A stretch of 61,790 nucleotides of DNA, counting the filler, from Rhabdomonas costata (lineage: Eukaryota): NCBI GenBank assembly GCA_019059605.1. It is 20 parts of 20 records of this genome, joined end to end, with 100 filler letters (N's around TTAATTAATTAA, not from the genome) between each part and the next. Parts side by side here need not be neighbours in the genome. Positions count along the whole stretch, not along the records: positions 37,182 to 40,165 come from JAHMHO010001589.1; positions 40,266 to 43,253 come from JAHMHO010001590.1; positions 43,354 to 46,340 come from JAHMHO010001591.1; positions 46,441 to 49,426 come from JAHMHO010001592.1; positions 49,527 to 52,532 come from JAHMHO010001593.1; 15 more parts are not named here. One strand, written 5' to 3'. The position numbers and the translations under genes are program-made. Position 1 is the first letter of the stretch. Every line of letters starts with the position of its first letter. This document shows, piece after piece, positions 37,759-49,830 of the stretch. The notes below the pieces were generated by a model. It was given only the letters and a program-made list of their open reading frames with translations. It did not search any database and was not told the DNA's origin.

Positions 37759-39130
37759 TTATTCTTTTGGAGGACGACGAGGACACAGCAGCAATTACTG
37801 GTGGGCCTGCAAACCTACCTCTCCTCACCTCAACTCCCCTCAGGCCCCTTCGATGTTCGGTCGAACTCCTCAAAACTGAATCCTCACTAAATCAAAAGAA
37901 GGAAGTAGCCCCTTCTTCAGTCGTCTACTGCGAGGAAGGCGGGGGAAGCTGTAGGCGGGTGTGGGGATGGCAGAAATTATTCTGTCAGGGGTGCGTGACA
38001 GCAGATAAAAGTGAACACCCTCAGAGAAGATGACCACTGATGTTTCCCCACAAGTAGAGGACGTGGATGACAGGAGCCTTCTTTTGCCGCCCATTTACAA
38101 AAGCATCCATTTATCTGGAAAAAAGGGTTCATCCATTTTTCTGCTCGCAGAGGCTCTAAGAAACAGAGATTTGCGCGGCACTTTTCAGGTCATTACAAAG
38201 TACAATGACAAGAACGAGCATCAGAACGCCCCAGTCGCTTTACTTATGCTTGAACAAAGACCGTACTCATAATCCTTTTCGTTTTCGGGAACATTTGCAC
38301 CTGCATTCTGAGGAAGGGAGCCTTTGGGACCTTGGAGAAGCAAAAGAACAGCTCCCGTCCACCAAACCTTCTGTGCAGTGGGACCACAATTGAGACGGAG
38401 GTTAAGAGAGATGCAGCGAACGAGCCAAGGGAACTGGAGGAAAAGGCCGAAAAACCCGCCTTGCTGGAAAACCACCCCCACACTTACGAATAATAAGGAC
38501 GCTGCTGTGGGTGTGAGAAGAAGCAGATAAGAAGCGAGAGCAAAAAAAAAACAAGGAAACGCACTGAAATCGGATAGCTGGGCAAGAGGTCAAATCAAGA
38601 TGGAAACCGCACACTCAGATGGTCGACTCAGAACGTTCGGGTGCATATAAAAGCTGTTTCAAGTTTGGAAGGTCATCGCCAACTTCTTTTTTCTCCAGAA
38701 AAAGCTTGAAAAACACTTATAAAACAGCTTGCGTGCTTCCAGTTTTGGTTGGGTGTCCGATGTGAAAAAAAGGAACACAAGGACTGGCCCTGGGGCTTTA
38801 GCAATGTCTGGCTTCAACGGCTCTCCACAGCAAGACATCAATATGTTATCGTATCCGAAGATTTTTCCAAGGACAACCGTACCTCAACAAAAAGTTGTAC
38901 AGATCCAATCGCATGCACAAAAAAACCAGACAAGGCCATCAACTAGAAGTCAGTGATACCGACGAGATGCCCAAACTACCAGGAAGGTTTCTGCGTCTGA
39001 CCAGGTCATGACAGCTTGACCGCCTTCGCTTGAGCTACTGCGACGGAATGGGACATCTCGCCCCTCAGCTCCCCTCTGCAGAAAAAGAACCTCATTCCTC
39101 TTCACTGGCACCACGCTGCGCTTCCCCGAG

Positions 39131-39739
39131 TTAAGTAGACTTTTTGGTAGCCTCCAATGGTGCGACATACTCACTAGGCGTTGCGGGTAGTGAGGTTAAA
39201 GGTGCTCCTTCGACTCCCGCTGAAGGGAAAGAAGCACCCTCAGCGGCACTGCTCTTGCCCTCGCTCTGCCGAGAACCTTCGTCCGGCGCCAGCGGAACAG
39301 CAAACCATGAAGCCTGCACGGGTTGAGGTGCTTGAAGCGGCGGCGGAGGCACCACATACTGATCCGTCGTGGAAGGGCCTGCCACTGGATAAGCAGTAGT
39401 AGTCCACTGCTTGTCGACGGATGCAGTCTCCAAAGAGAGTGGAGGTGTGGCCGACAGAGACGGTGACGGTGGAGCTGCGCCCCCGACTAGGTACCCTATC
39501 ATGCACGAGGCGAGGACAACCTCCTCGCTGACCCAGCGGTGGGCTCTGCGGTAGGCCACTGTGGCGTCAGTACCGGCATGGGCAAGGACGACCTTCCGGC
39601 CCCCAGGGTGGAACCGCGCGAACTCGCTGACGTCGTACACCACACCCGCCAAAGCCATCCACAGCGTGGCAGGGGGCTGGCGGTGTTGCGAGAGTTCCGC
39701 AGCGGTGACCCGCCGGGAGGGAGGGAGGCAACGGAGAGA
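39131..39739 (-). CDS. Cytochrome b5-like heme-binding domain protein (CYB5R4/NCB5OR-type b5)
   Basis: VTAAELSQH...LWMALAGVVYDVSEFARFHPGG...AGTDAT..YRRAHRWVS....SCMIGYL. Both heme His are present; the HRWV motif is typical of this subfamily. Confidence 0.85.
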   Translation of the reverse strand, partial: SLRCLPPSRRVTAAELSQHRQPPATLWMALAGVVYDVSEFARFHPGGRKVVLAHAGTDATVAYRRAHRWVSEEVVLASCMIGYLVGGAAPPSPSLSATPPLSLETASVDKQWTTTAYPVAGPSTTDQYVVPPPPLQAPQPVQASWFAVPLAPDEGSRQSEGKSSAAEGASFPSAGVEGAPLTSLPATPSEYVAPLEATKKST

Positions 39740-40478
39740 TCACAGTGCACTATAAGGGGAAGGCACAGTTCAGAGGAGTGAAGAGATCAAGTTAGACCTG
39801 GTTACACGATAATCATCTTACGTCTTTTTCCCGAACTTTCTACGAATCACCTTGAACACCTAAGTCTCAATCTATCCAAGCCGCAAGGGCTGCTGGGTGT
39901 TTACCAATGAATTTGTTTGCGCGTCAGCCAGACATGTCCCCAGAACTGCTTCCAAAGCTGGCCAACTGGACCCCATAGACCTGGTTTGAAACGGTGAGGT
40001 TGGAATACTGCGACGCATCCCATCCCCCAAGGTGAACCAACCCCTCAACGAAGCTGGGAAGCGGCGCCCCAGGAGAAATATGCCCTAATCACCTTGGGGG
40101 ATGAGAGAGTGTGACGCAAAGTGTACTTGCTGGGGTTCAGAAAAAATGGACACCCCACACCCCCCNNNNNNNNNNNNNNNNNNNNNNNNNNNNNNNNNNN
40201 NNNNNNNNNTTAATTAATTAANNNNNNNNNNNNNNNNNNNNNNNNNNNNNNNNNNNNNNNNNNNNGGGGTGAGATTGAAGGGCAGAAGGTTCCTCTGTGT
40301 CGAGCGCCAAGGGTTTGGTGAGCAAATACGTGATTCCAGAGGTTAGAGGATATGAAGCTCGAAAAGGTTCGCGAGGTCAGCCAGAGTCGTGTGAATATGG
40401 TTGACGAGATTGAAAACACAGGAGGGGGATGCAGTCTTCGCAAGTTTCCAGGACTACGAGAGAATCTAGCTTGAGCCT

Positions 40479-41473
40479 ATGGAAGAGATGTCGCGGCACA
40501 GGTTGCATTATGAACAGAAAGTGGCTGGCCTAGAGGAGAAGTTCTGCAGGCTTGGGTCAGAATTGATCGAACTCAATGTTAGGGGAGAAATCAGGGTCAG
40601 CACTGGGCACACCCCAACAAAGCACGAGGTCAGCATGCTTGTCTTGATGTTCGGTGGATCCCTTCCCGTTGACCGAGATGTGGAGAATAGTGTGATTATT
40701 GACCCTCAATTATCTAAGCTCGTGCTGGACTTCTCCGTCACGGGAAAAGAGCGGAGCCCTGCGTCCTGAACTTGGTGGAGCGCCTCTGCGAATTCAGCGA
40801 GGACGTGGGTTTCTTCTGCCTCACTGACGCATATGGAGATCTGAGCAAGGTATTTATCTTTGGGCAGCTTTCTGAAACTTAAATTGATTTGTTTGAAGCC
40901 TTTTATCGGGTTTCTGGCTTGCTTTTTTTTTCGCTCAGGCGGATATTCGCGTAGGATTTGCTGATCGAGATATACACGTTCCTTCTCCACATATTCACAG
41001 AGGATCTGTTTTGGACTGTCAACGAAACCAGCGGTGTATGCGTCAGTGCTGGAGGAAACGTGGCAATGAGAGTGACGAAGAGCAAAAAGAAGAAGAAGAG
41101 CGACCCGGTGCTCTTCACGACCTGTGACTCCTGGGTCGTACCCGAAAGAGCTTGCTGCTGCGCAACGGTGGTGGTGCTTGCCCCGAAAAGCTCCATGGTT
41201 ATTGGTGTGTTTTCCAGCTCTGATACGCACTTAGACAAATCCCTTCCGGGGTTTCAGGGGGTTGGATACTGCAATGAAGGGAGCATTGTTGGCAACTGGA
41301 CCTCTTCGACAACGAGGTGGTCGTGCTTTTGCAGGGGCGATAAAATCAAGGTGGTGGTTGACCGCCGCAGTAGTCGCAGTAATATTGAGTTCTGGAACAA
41401 TGTCTTTGTTATTGGCAGCTCTCGTCGGGACTCTGGGCTGGGTTTTTCCATTGCCGCCTCTCTTTTTGGATGA
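40479..41473 (+). pseudogene. Degenerate KCTD-type BTB/POZ plus SPRY-like gene
   Basis: IELNVRG...SMLVLMFGG...DRD...IIDP..KLVLDF, then a frameshift to LRHG...FSEDVGFFCL. Downstream MVIGV...GVGYCNEG...FCRGDKIKVVVD...IEFWNN, then a stop. Confidence 0.65.
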
Positions 41474-42241
41474 ATGCGATGCTGTGGAACTTGAACTCTC
41501 GTCGCCGCTGCGTTGATCTGGGCTCGCGTGCGTGGACTGCACGCGGACCGACATCTCACATAAACCCTCGACCCTCAGGGCTGTGGAGGAGGTGGATCAC
41601 GGCTGCTTATTGGTGGAAGAGAATTCGGCGGGTGAATGGGACGGCTTCCTGCTGGCCATCCATGTCACCTTTTCATTTGCCTTGCACCTTTTCGCCATTC
41701 CTTATCTGAGGGATCTGAGGATGATTTTGTCGCTGTTGCTGAAAACCCGGCTGCCCAATCCAAAACAGCGGCTCGCACGCGTTTTCTGATTGAATCGAAA
41801 GGATATGTGCCAAGGGGGTGACATTAACACTTTCTTTTTGCCCGCGGTTGATTCAACGCAATTGTTTTTCTCCTGTTTCGGGGGATGGGCCTTGCAAAGG
41901 AGTGGAAATACCCTTTTCCGGTGGTATTCTGGCACCCTTTCCCAAAATGAAAGCCCAAACTTAATTACATATTCCACCAAAAAACACCTGTAATCTTGGG
42001 CCGCGGAGCATCCTGAAATCCTCTGCTTCTGCAAAAATATCAGGGGAAACGTGTATGGCCACCTAACCCCCAGCAAAAGGAGGCGAACCCGGGAACCGGT
42101 GGTACCATGGTACCCCACCCACCCACACCAGCTGGCTGAAAGGAGAGAACTGGCTAAGTGTGTTTGGTTTTCATTTGATCCCTGCGTTTGTGGACAGCAT
42201 TGCTCTTGTTTTGAAACCCCCAAAAATTATGTTTTCTCGAG

Positions 42242-42986
42242 GATCCCCGCCTTGGATTTGGGTTCACGGCCGGTTGGACGGCAAGGTGGCAGTGGTTACA
42301 GGCTCCAACACGGGTGTGGGCAAGCAGACGGCCAGGGCACTGTATGCCTCAGTATGTGTTCTGCGTTGTCTGCATTTCCGATATTCTCATCTTGGATGGG
42401 GTTGACATGAATGGCGTTGGTATGGCATGCTTGCTGACGTTGTTTAGGAAGCCTCTGAAATCGCATTTCGGCCCGATGATGGATGGCATTTTTTCCTTTC
42501 TTAGGGACAGTGGCGTCTGTTTGTTCACGTTTGCAAATGCTTGTTCGATTTGATAAATAAACGTCTCCATTTGCCAACTTTTTTTGTTTTTCAGAAATGA
42601 CTTCAACTTTGTTTGTGCTCTGTCATCCTGCTAAAATCCTACCCCGTTGAACTTCACATCCCAACGATTTGACGTACTTCTCTGTTCTTTCATAACTTTT
42701 TCCCTTCACTGTGTCCATTGCCAGCAACCAGTTTCCAAACTCGTAGTACTGCTGTTCTTTTGTGCCAACTGAATAGTTAGAAGATGCTACCCTGCAAGAT
42801 GGACTCCATGATGGAATCAGATGGGATTAGGTGATGAAAGCTCCTCTTTCCCGAGAAAAAGCTCAGTAAGGCCTCTCTACACTCTCTCACTTGTCCGGTA
42901 GGGCGCCACGGTGATTTTGGCGTGCCGCTCAAGGGACCGCGCTCAAGCCGCGGTGCAGGAGATCCAGCGCACCAGCCCACCCACGG
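42242..42986 (+). CDS. Short-chain dehydrogenase/reductase (RDH11/12-like), N-terminal exons
   Basis: LDGKVAVVTGSNTGVGKQTARALYAS (42242-42351; TGxxxGxG) spliced to GATVILACRSRDRAQAAVQEI (42902-42986). Confidence 0.9.
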
Positions 42987-43627
42987 GTTGCGGCTCCCTT
43001 GAGGCGAACATTTTCCCTTCTCCCACCCGTCTCTTTGACCTTTCCTTTCCGACGTTCCTTTTGTTTGAGGTTGAGCCGGCACCGAAGTGGGAATATTGAT
43101 GTCCCCCACCAAAAAAAGCACTTATCAATACAATGCCTTGTCAGTGATTTTGAAGCCGGTTTCATTATTTTTTGCAGTGGGTACCTGCTTCACAAACCTT
43201 AGGTATCTGCTTCTGCTTTGAGTCACAAGTTACTGTGCCAAGTCCACACCACCNNNNNNNNNNNNNNNNNNNNNNNNNNNNNNNNNNNNNNNNNNNNTTA
43301 ATTAATTAANNNNNNNNNNNNNNNNNNNNNNNNNNNNNNNNNNNNNNNNNNNNGTTTTGTTGTGTTTTTGCTGCAAGTCTTCCATTGTGTTCCTTTCCTA
43401 CCGCGCAGATCACTCGCTCCCGTGGGAACTTAAATCCTTCGTGCCCCGTCCCCCCTGCACCAATTTTATCCTTCCGGATTCCAATGCTGAGGGCTTGCCG
43501 TTATTGTCGGCAGTTCTGATGCCAGTATTGATGGAGTAAGTAGGTAATAAAGGGATGTTGGTTATGGTCCGAGATTAGTGAGGAATTTAAAGTATGGTTC
43601 CTGATCTGTTTAGTCTAGCACCACCCT

Positions 43628-43830
43628 TTTATTTAAGGTATTTAAGGTTTAGGTTATTTAAGGTTTTAAGTTGCTGGCTTTGAATAAAGGTCGGCTCAGC
43701 GAATGTTTGCCTTAGTTCCGAAAAATTTCCCCAATTCATTCCCAGCTCATTCCAGAACGTTCCCAGATCATTCCAGATCATTTTCAGATCATTTTCAAAT
43801 CTTTCCAGAACTTTTCTAGATCGTTTCTGG
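43628..43830. repeat. Degenerate short-period tandem repeats
   Basis: TTTAAGGT-like units (43628-43672), then ~10-11-nt ttccagatca-like units (43725-43830). Confidence 0.75.
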
Positions 43831-44931
43831 TCTGGGTTAGTTGATACCCGTACTAACCCCAGTGTGGGATGCTTTATCCTAAACATTGGTTTGAGGTTCC
43901 CGTCCTAAACCTTTGTTTGAGTTGCCTTTTCGCCTTTGTTTCCTTTCCCATTGCCTTCTCGTCCCTCTCCTCAAACAACAAAGCCAGCATTTGCGCGGTT
44001 GTAGGTCATCTATCTTATTTTGGAGCGTGTCAACCTCGACGTCTACGCTCTGGCCAAACGCCAATACAATCTTAAATTCATATATGCTTCCATGCTCCTC
44101 TATCGGATGTTCTTCACGGAGGATGACGACGCCGAGAAGGAAGAGGAGAGAAACAGGAGACCCAGGAGGAAGATCTGCATCTTCCTTCCGAAAGGAAGCC
44201 CCCAAAAAGACCCCACCCAGTCCATCACACTGGGAAAGAAAATGCTGAATTCATTATTCAGGGTGGTCAAGGGAGACGACGAATTCTTTCCAATGTTGCC
44301 CACTTTGCGTGCGGCTCTTGGTTGCAAAAGCAGCTAATCAAGTCAGATGGTGGCGGAAAAGAAAGGATGTAGCCCGAAAAAAGGAGATTGATAATGTTGC
44401 TGACTGACTTGGATTTCGGGGACATGGTGTGGGGCTGTTGTTCAGCCTTACCATCCCATTGCCAATCCCAAGGGTGCTTCGGGCCATCCCATCGCTCTCA
44501 CAACCGTGAACATGATCTTGTCTGAAGATCTAAGTTTAGTTTACGTCAACTTAATCCCGACGTATCCCTTTCTGGGGCTGCGAAGGTTGAAATTAAAACT
44601 GGAGGAATACCCGCTGCTTCTGAGGGGATGATGATTGTAGAATGGGCTCTGCTGAGGAGTTGGACGCCGTACTGGCATACTTTTGTTTGCAAGCAATCAA
44701 TGCCCGTAAGATGATTTTTTGCATAGCAGCTGCAAAATGTTGTTGCTGTTTGAGGACTCACTAATGGCTGGGGCTATTTTACTCGGCCAGGCTTATAGTT
44801 TCTGTGTTCGTTCATTTTCCTGCAGTGTCTTTCTTTCGCGTCCTTTTTTCCTCTTGCCCTGCACCGCCAAATTGTAAAACGGTCAGCACTGGTGCATGTT
44901 TTTCATGGCGGCTGCGGAATTTTTTTGGTAT

Positions 44932-44961
44932 GGGTTGGGTTGGGTTGGGTTGGGTTGGGTT
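44932..44961. repeat. (GGGTT)6 microsatellite
   Basis: Direct reading. Confidence 0.95.
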
Positions 44962-45121
44962 GTTTTTTACCTTCCCTTCCCTTCTTTGTTTGCCCTAACT
45001 TTTTTATCCTTTGCTTTGGGAGGTGAAGAGGGGAACCTGTCGCTGTTGCCCCTTCTCTCAGGTCGTTTTTTCGTAACCTCACACTTTATTTTCTTTTCCT
45101 GTTTTTTATCCGCAGCTACGA

Positions 45122-46340
45122 ATGGAAAAGCTGCTCCAACGGGTCTCAGCAGTTGACCCTTCCCTAAGACGAGTCCTGTTTTGGTCACTGTTTCCCACCC
45201 TTTTGACCATATTGTTCACCACCACCGCGGAAACCGCCCTCCCGCTTTCCCTTGCTGTTGCTGCGAATGTTGTTGTGGGTGGGCTATGCCTGTCCGCGGT
45301 GTGGCTGCAGTGGGCCGGCTGCCGGACATTTGCTGACCTGCTGGCGACTTCAGCCCACCTGGTGTGCCTGAGTATGTACGGGGTCACCCGCCGAAACTAT
45401 GGCCTTCAGACGTATCCTTGTCTACCCGCAGCTCTGCATTTATTGCACCGCTCCACGGTCTCCTCGATGCCCATTCAGCTCTGCGCGATAGTGGGCTGGG
45501 TTGTGGTTCCCTCTGTGTGCCTTTCCAGCGAATTTTTCGCTCCGGTGCCCATTGCGATCACCGTGTTCTCAGTCATTATCCCCATCGCTTCGGGGAGCTG
45601 GACTGGCTGGGCATGGGCGGGGACTCCCAATCCGCAGCCTGAGCTGGGCTGCTGCCCCTCCCTGGACATGCAGGCGAGCCATTCCCAGACAAGCCGGCTG
45701 TTTTGCAATGGGTATCCCTCCGCCATAGGGCTTTCCACGGCTCTTCCCGTCGGTACTCATCCCTCTGCGAGCGGATGTCTTGCAGGTTCCTCGGAGATTG
45801 CAATCAGTATACTGGAGGTAGCCAAGCTTCCCATGCGATCCGCAGTCGATAAGGAGTGTGCTCCTCCTGGTGAGCTACCGGTGTCCTCGGGGGGTACTGG
45901 GATGTCCCTGGAGCAAATCTCACTGCAACCAGCCATGAACCATTCTGTCCAAGGAGACCCTGATGCTGCTCACAATATACAAAGGTCCTGTGTGCCGCAG
46001 AGCGGCTCCACCGGCTCCGCCTTTGGCAGCGGCTACGCTTTGGAAAGCAGCAGGGCCCCCTCCTCTACCTCCTCTGTGATGCTCTCCAGAGCCCACCACC
46101 CAGTCTCCCTCTCCTGTGACTTCTCCAAGTTCCGGATCACGACCTCTGCATCGGACTTCCGGCGGAGCAGGACCCCAGATGCAAGCGGTGGGACATCCTA
46201 CCGCCCACTTACCTTCAGCCCGTGCAGTTTCCAACCGGTTGAGGCTCTGCAAAGAACTTTCGGGGGCACCTCTCAGGCCAGCACCCCCGGGGCGGAACGC
46301 CAGTGCTTCCTGGAGGGCCAGGGCCTTTGCCCAACCACCC
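45122..46340 (+). CDS. Multi-pass membrane protein, N-terminal exon (3' truncated)
   Basis: ATG just after a polypyrimidine tract and cag. About 400 open codons with several hydrophobic helices, then a Ser/Pro-rich region. Confidence 0.65.
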
Positions 46341-46855
46341 NNNNNNNNNNNNNNNNNNNNNNNNNNNNNNNNNNNNNNNNNNNNTTAATTAATTAANNNN
46401 NNNNNNNNNNNNNNNNNNNNNNNNNNNNNNNNNNNNNNNNTGTGGTGTGTAAAGTTCCTTATATGAGGGTTTATGGAATTATGAACTTCGTGGGAAGCAG
46501 CCTCCTTAGAGTTGCTGCACGCAAAGTGATCCCACGTTGGTTGTGGGTTTGCTAAATTCCCTTCCACGGGCTACTCGAACGCAATACTTTTCTTTAATTG
46601 CTGATGATCGCCACCTCAGCGCAGCACTTCGGCATCCGAATGAGTTTACGTTCCCTCTGCGTGGATGTGTCCCCGTGCTTATCGTCGTCATCGCCAAGAG
46701 TATACTTCGCCCGAACACATATTCATATTTCCTCAATTCTTCCGCTTGCTCGTCGACTTCCACACCCGCATCCACACCACATGTCCAAGGATTCCCTAAG
46801 TGAGTTGTAACGCTCGTTCTGGGCCGATGGAACTTGGGCGACCTGGGAGGGGGCA

Positions 46856-49426
46856 GTGTACCAGGTCGCTCCCCTCGCGGCAGCTACAGCCTTGAGCCTT
46901 CATATTACAGTCGATGGTGAAACACACAAACACACCTTCATAATCGATCATCGATGTTGCCAAATATCCGCAGTCTCCGTTTTGTCCTGCCCTTTGGGTG
47001 CTTCTTCGTCTGTATCGGGATCGGTTTCCTCTAGTTTTTCGTGTTCTGTTTCATCCGTTTCCTGTTCTTCGACCTTGACACCAACAGCTACGGTGTCGGG
47101 GACGAGTTCCGCGTCGATTTCGCGGAGCGAATTTGTAACTCGTTCTGAAAGCACTTCGCGCTCTGCGTCGCAGTCAGGTAGTTTGACATTCTCAAACAGC
47201 CTTTCTGACTCTTTGACGTCTCGTTCTGTGACGCTCTCCCAGACCTTTTCGCCGAGTTTCAGCAGGAGCTTCACGTTTTCCTCGGTTTCTCGGAGCGTGA
47301 GTCTGAGCACCAGCATTACACTTTCACGTTCCATGTCACGTACTTGCAGCAGGAGGAAAAGTTTGTCTTTGTCAACTTCACTCTCTGAAAGCCAGAGTGT
47401 AAGCTCCGCGTCAATCTCCGAATCTCCTACCCTCAGCCCTTCACCAACCTTGAGCTCTTGGACACTCAGCACATCCAATTCAGAGTCGCGGTCTGTGTCT
47501 CGGTCACCATCGTTCACTCCATCAAATTCCATTTCCAGTACCGTGTCCTCTACTTCTTCTTGTTCGACGTCACCATCTGCATCTTGCTCTGTTATTGAGT
47601 CAGCTACACTTAGCACTTCTGGCAGCTCCACCCCTTCAAATACTTACTCGCCGTCACGAAGCTTTTCCTCGCCTTCTTTTACGGCATCATCCACCCGATC
47701 ACATTCCTCCCAGACGCTCACTCGTACCGTTTCTTGGTCGGGAACATCGGCGACGACTTCGCCCTCAGCTTCTCTTTCTCTTTCGCGGTCACTCTCGGAA
47801 CCCGTAACTTGGACAACCTCTGGCACGCGGTCAATGTCTTTGAGTTCTTCGGGAAGCTTTTCGCGAAGCACAGCGACCACCTCGTTGTCTTCATCTCCGA
47901 GTACTTCACCTTCCTGCACTGAATCTGAAAGTCGTAGTTTCAGCACCCGCAGTTGCACCTGCTCCATCTCCTCTTCGTTGTCGGGCTCGCCTTCTTTCTC
48001 CGCGTCCACAGCATTATCTGTGACACACTCGCCTTCTCTGTCGGCTTCACGTTCCTCGTCCTATTCCCATGTCCAAACAAGATCTTCGAGCCAAACACTG
48101 TCTCAAACTCACTCTCAGACTGTTTCTCTGTCTTCCAGCTTCATTGCCACTCTAACCGCCTCCCTTTCCTCTTCACTCTCTTCTTCGGCCTCGCACTCAA
48201 TAAGCCTGTCGTTGTCTCCCACTACTACTATCTCGATATCTCTCACAAGAACCCCCATATTATCCGCCAGCTCAAGCAAAAGTGATTCATCCACTCCGAC
48301 CGCCACTGTTTCTTCGTCAACCACACCTACATATACTATCACCCCAACGAAAACCCTGACCTTGTCAAGCTCGTTCACCGCCACCCCCACTCGCTTTCAC
48401 AGCCGTTCAGCAACTCTTTCTCAAACTCTCTCATCTTTTTCTCGAAGTGCTTCTGGAAGTCCGACGGCTTCTGAAACTTCGTCCCCTTCTTTTTCGAACT
48501 CCCCCACCTGGTTACAAAGCTCCTCACTGTCTTCATCGGGAAGCTGGTCACTGTCCCCCACCATGACCTTCTCGCAGTCCTGCTCATTTTCCTGCTCTAC
48601 GTTGTCTGCCACTCCGACGATTTCACGTTCGTCTTCCCCGTCTTCAACTGTGAGTATTTCTCGATCCGCCACTGTATCTTTTTCTTCAACACTGTCTCCC
48701 TCCTCAACCAAGTCTCCGTCGGTATCTTCCACTTTCAGTAGTTCCAGAACTGCTTCTTTTTCAAGATCCCCAACTGCTTCCTTGTCGGCCACAAAAAGCG
48801 AGACAGTTTCTCATTCGTGCTCCTCAGTCTCCACCACCTCAACATGCACAGGTTCTTCTACGCCATCCATTATATGGTCAAAATCTTCTTCCATCACAGC
48901 AACCCGAACCTTGAGTGGCAGTGCCTCGACTGTGACGAGGACTGCGTCCCAAAGCTGTTCCATGAGTTCAACTCTAACAAACAGCAACACCGCTTCCGGG
49001 ACTGACTCCTGTTCCACACTAACTACTTCGATGAGCAGCTCTGGTGCTCGCAGTTTAACCCGGACATTCACGGCAACCTGCTCGTGGTCACAGGGCGTCA
49101 CACGTACGTTGACTCCTTCCACGACTTCTTCTATTCAAACATCGAGTACAATTACCACCAGCCTGACAACCACGACTTCTAAAATGACTTCTCGGTCTCG
49201 GTCTTATACGAAGTCCATATCTCCTAGTATCTCACCGAGCCGCAGTTTGACCCTTTCTGCGTCCCCTTCCTGCTCTCCGTCTTGCTCTAGCTTTACGCAG
49301 TCCGCCACGTTTTCCCCCTTCCCTTCTCCTACACCCACGGATTCATTGAGCAAGTCCCGTTCGTTGAGTGTAACGCCTTCGTCTTTGACAACTTCTGAAA
49401 GCGCGTCATGGATTCTTACAACCAAC
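46856..49426 (+). CDS. Ser/Thr-rich mucin-like surface protein fragment
   Basis: Over 850 open codons dominated by alternating S/T-x (SxSxSxTxT) with mixed Ser codons. True start unknown; 3' truncated. Confidence 0.85.
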
Positions 49427-49541
49427 NNNNNNNNNNNNNNNNNNNNNNNNNNNNNNNNNNNNNNNNNNNNTTAATTAATTAANNNNNNNNNNNNNNNNNN
49501 NNNNNNNNNNNNNNNNNNNNNNNNNNGGTGGTGGTAATTGA

Positions 49542-49830
49542 GCAGGTACTATTCAGCTGATCCGGAGGACCGGCAGGCCGAGGGCTACAATGTATTCAAT
49601 TACCACTGGCTACCGGACCAAATCCTTTTTGCAAATACTCCGCGGTCGTTGTGGGACGAGGTACTTGACAAAATCCTCGCTGACCGGAGCATGGTACTGT
49701 TGTTTGCACAGTACTGGCCGGATGCCTCGGGGTATAAAAAGCTGAAAAGACTGAGGCAAGATCTGCATTACTGGAAGCAACCTCTGTTCTTGGAAGACAA
49801 TGGCACGTTGAGGCTCCGACCTCAGCCGAT
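49542..49830 (+). mobile_element. Retrotransposon-type (DIRS-like) N6-adenine methyltransferase-like domain, degenerate
   Basis: RYYS.DP....EGYNVFNYHW....LFANTPRSLWDEVLDKI......LLFAQYWP...YKKL follows the DAF..xW...YANPP..L..VL.K....P.WP pattern. The catalytic NPP reads NTP. Confidence 0.65.

Noticed and set aside
40905-40940. Euglenid spliced-leader sequence (TTTTTTTTCG)
   Set aside because: Upstream bases do not match the SL exon and no GT donor follows.
44932-44961. Telomere repeat
   Set aside because: Only six internal GGGTT units, not TTAGGG and not terminal.
46948-49425. Glu/Asp/Val-rich minus-strand ORFs
   Set aside because: Antisense shadows of the Ser/Thr-rich ORF, interrupted by stops.
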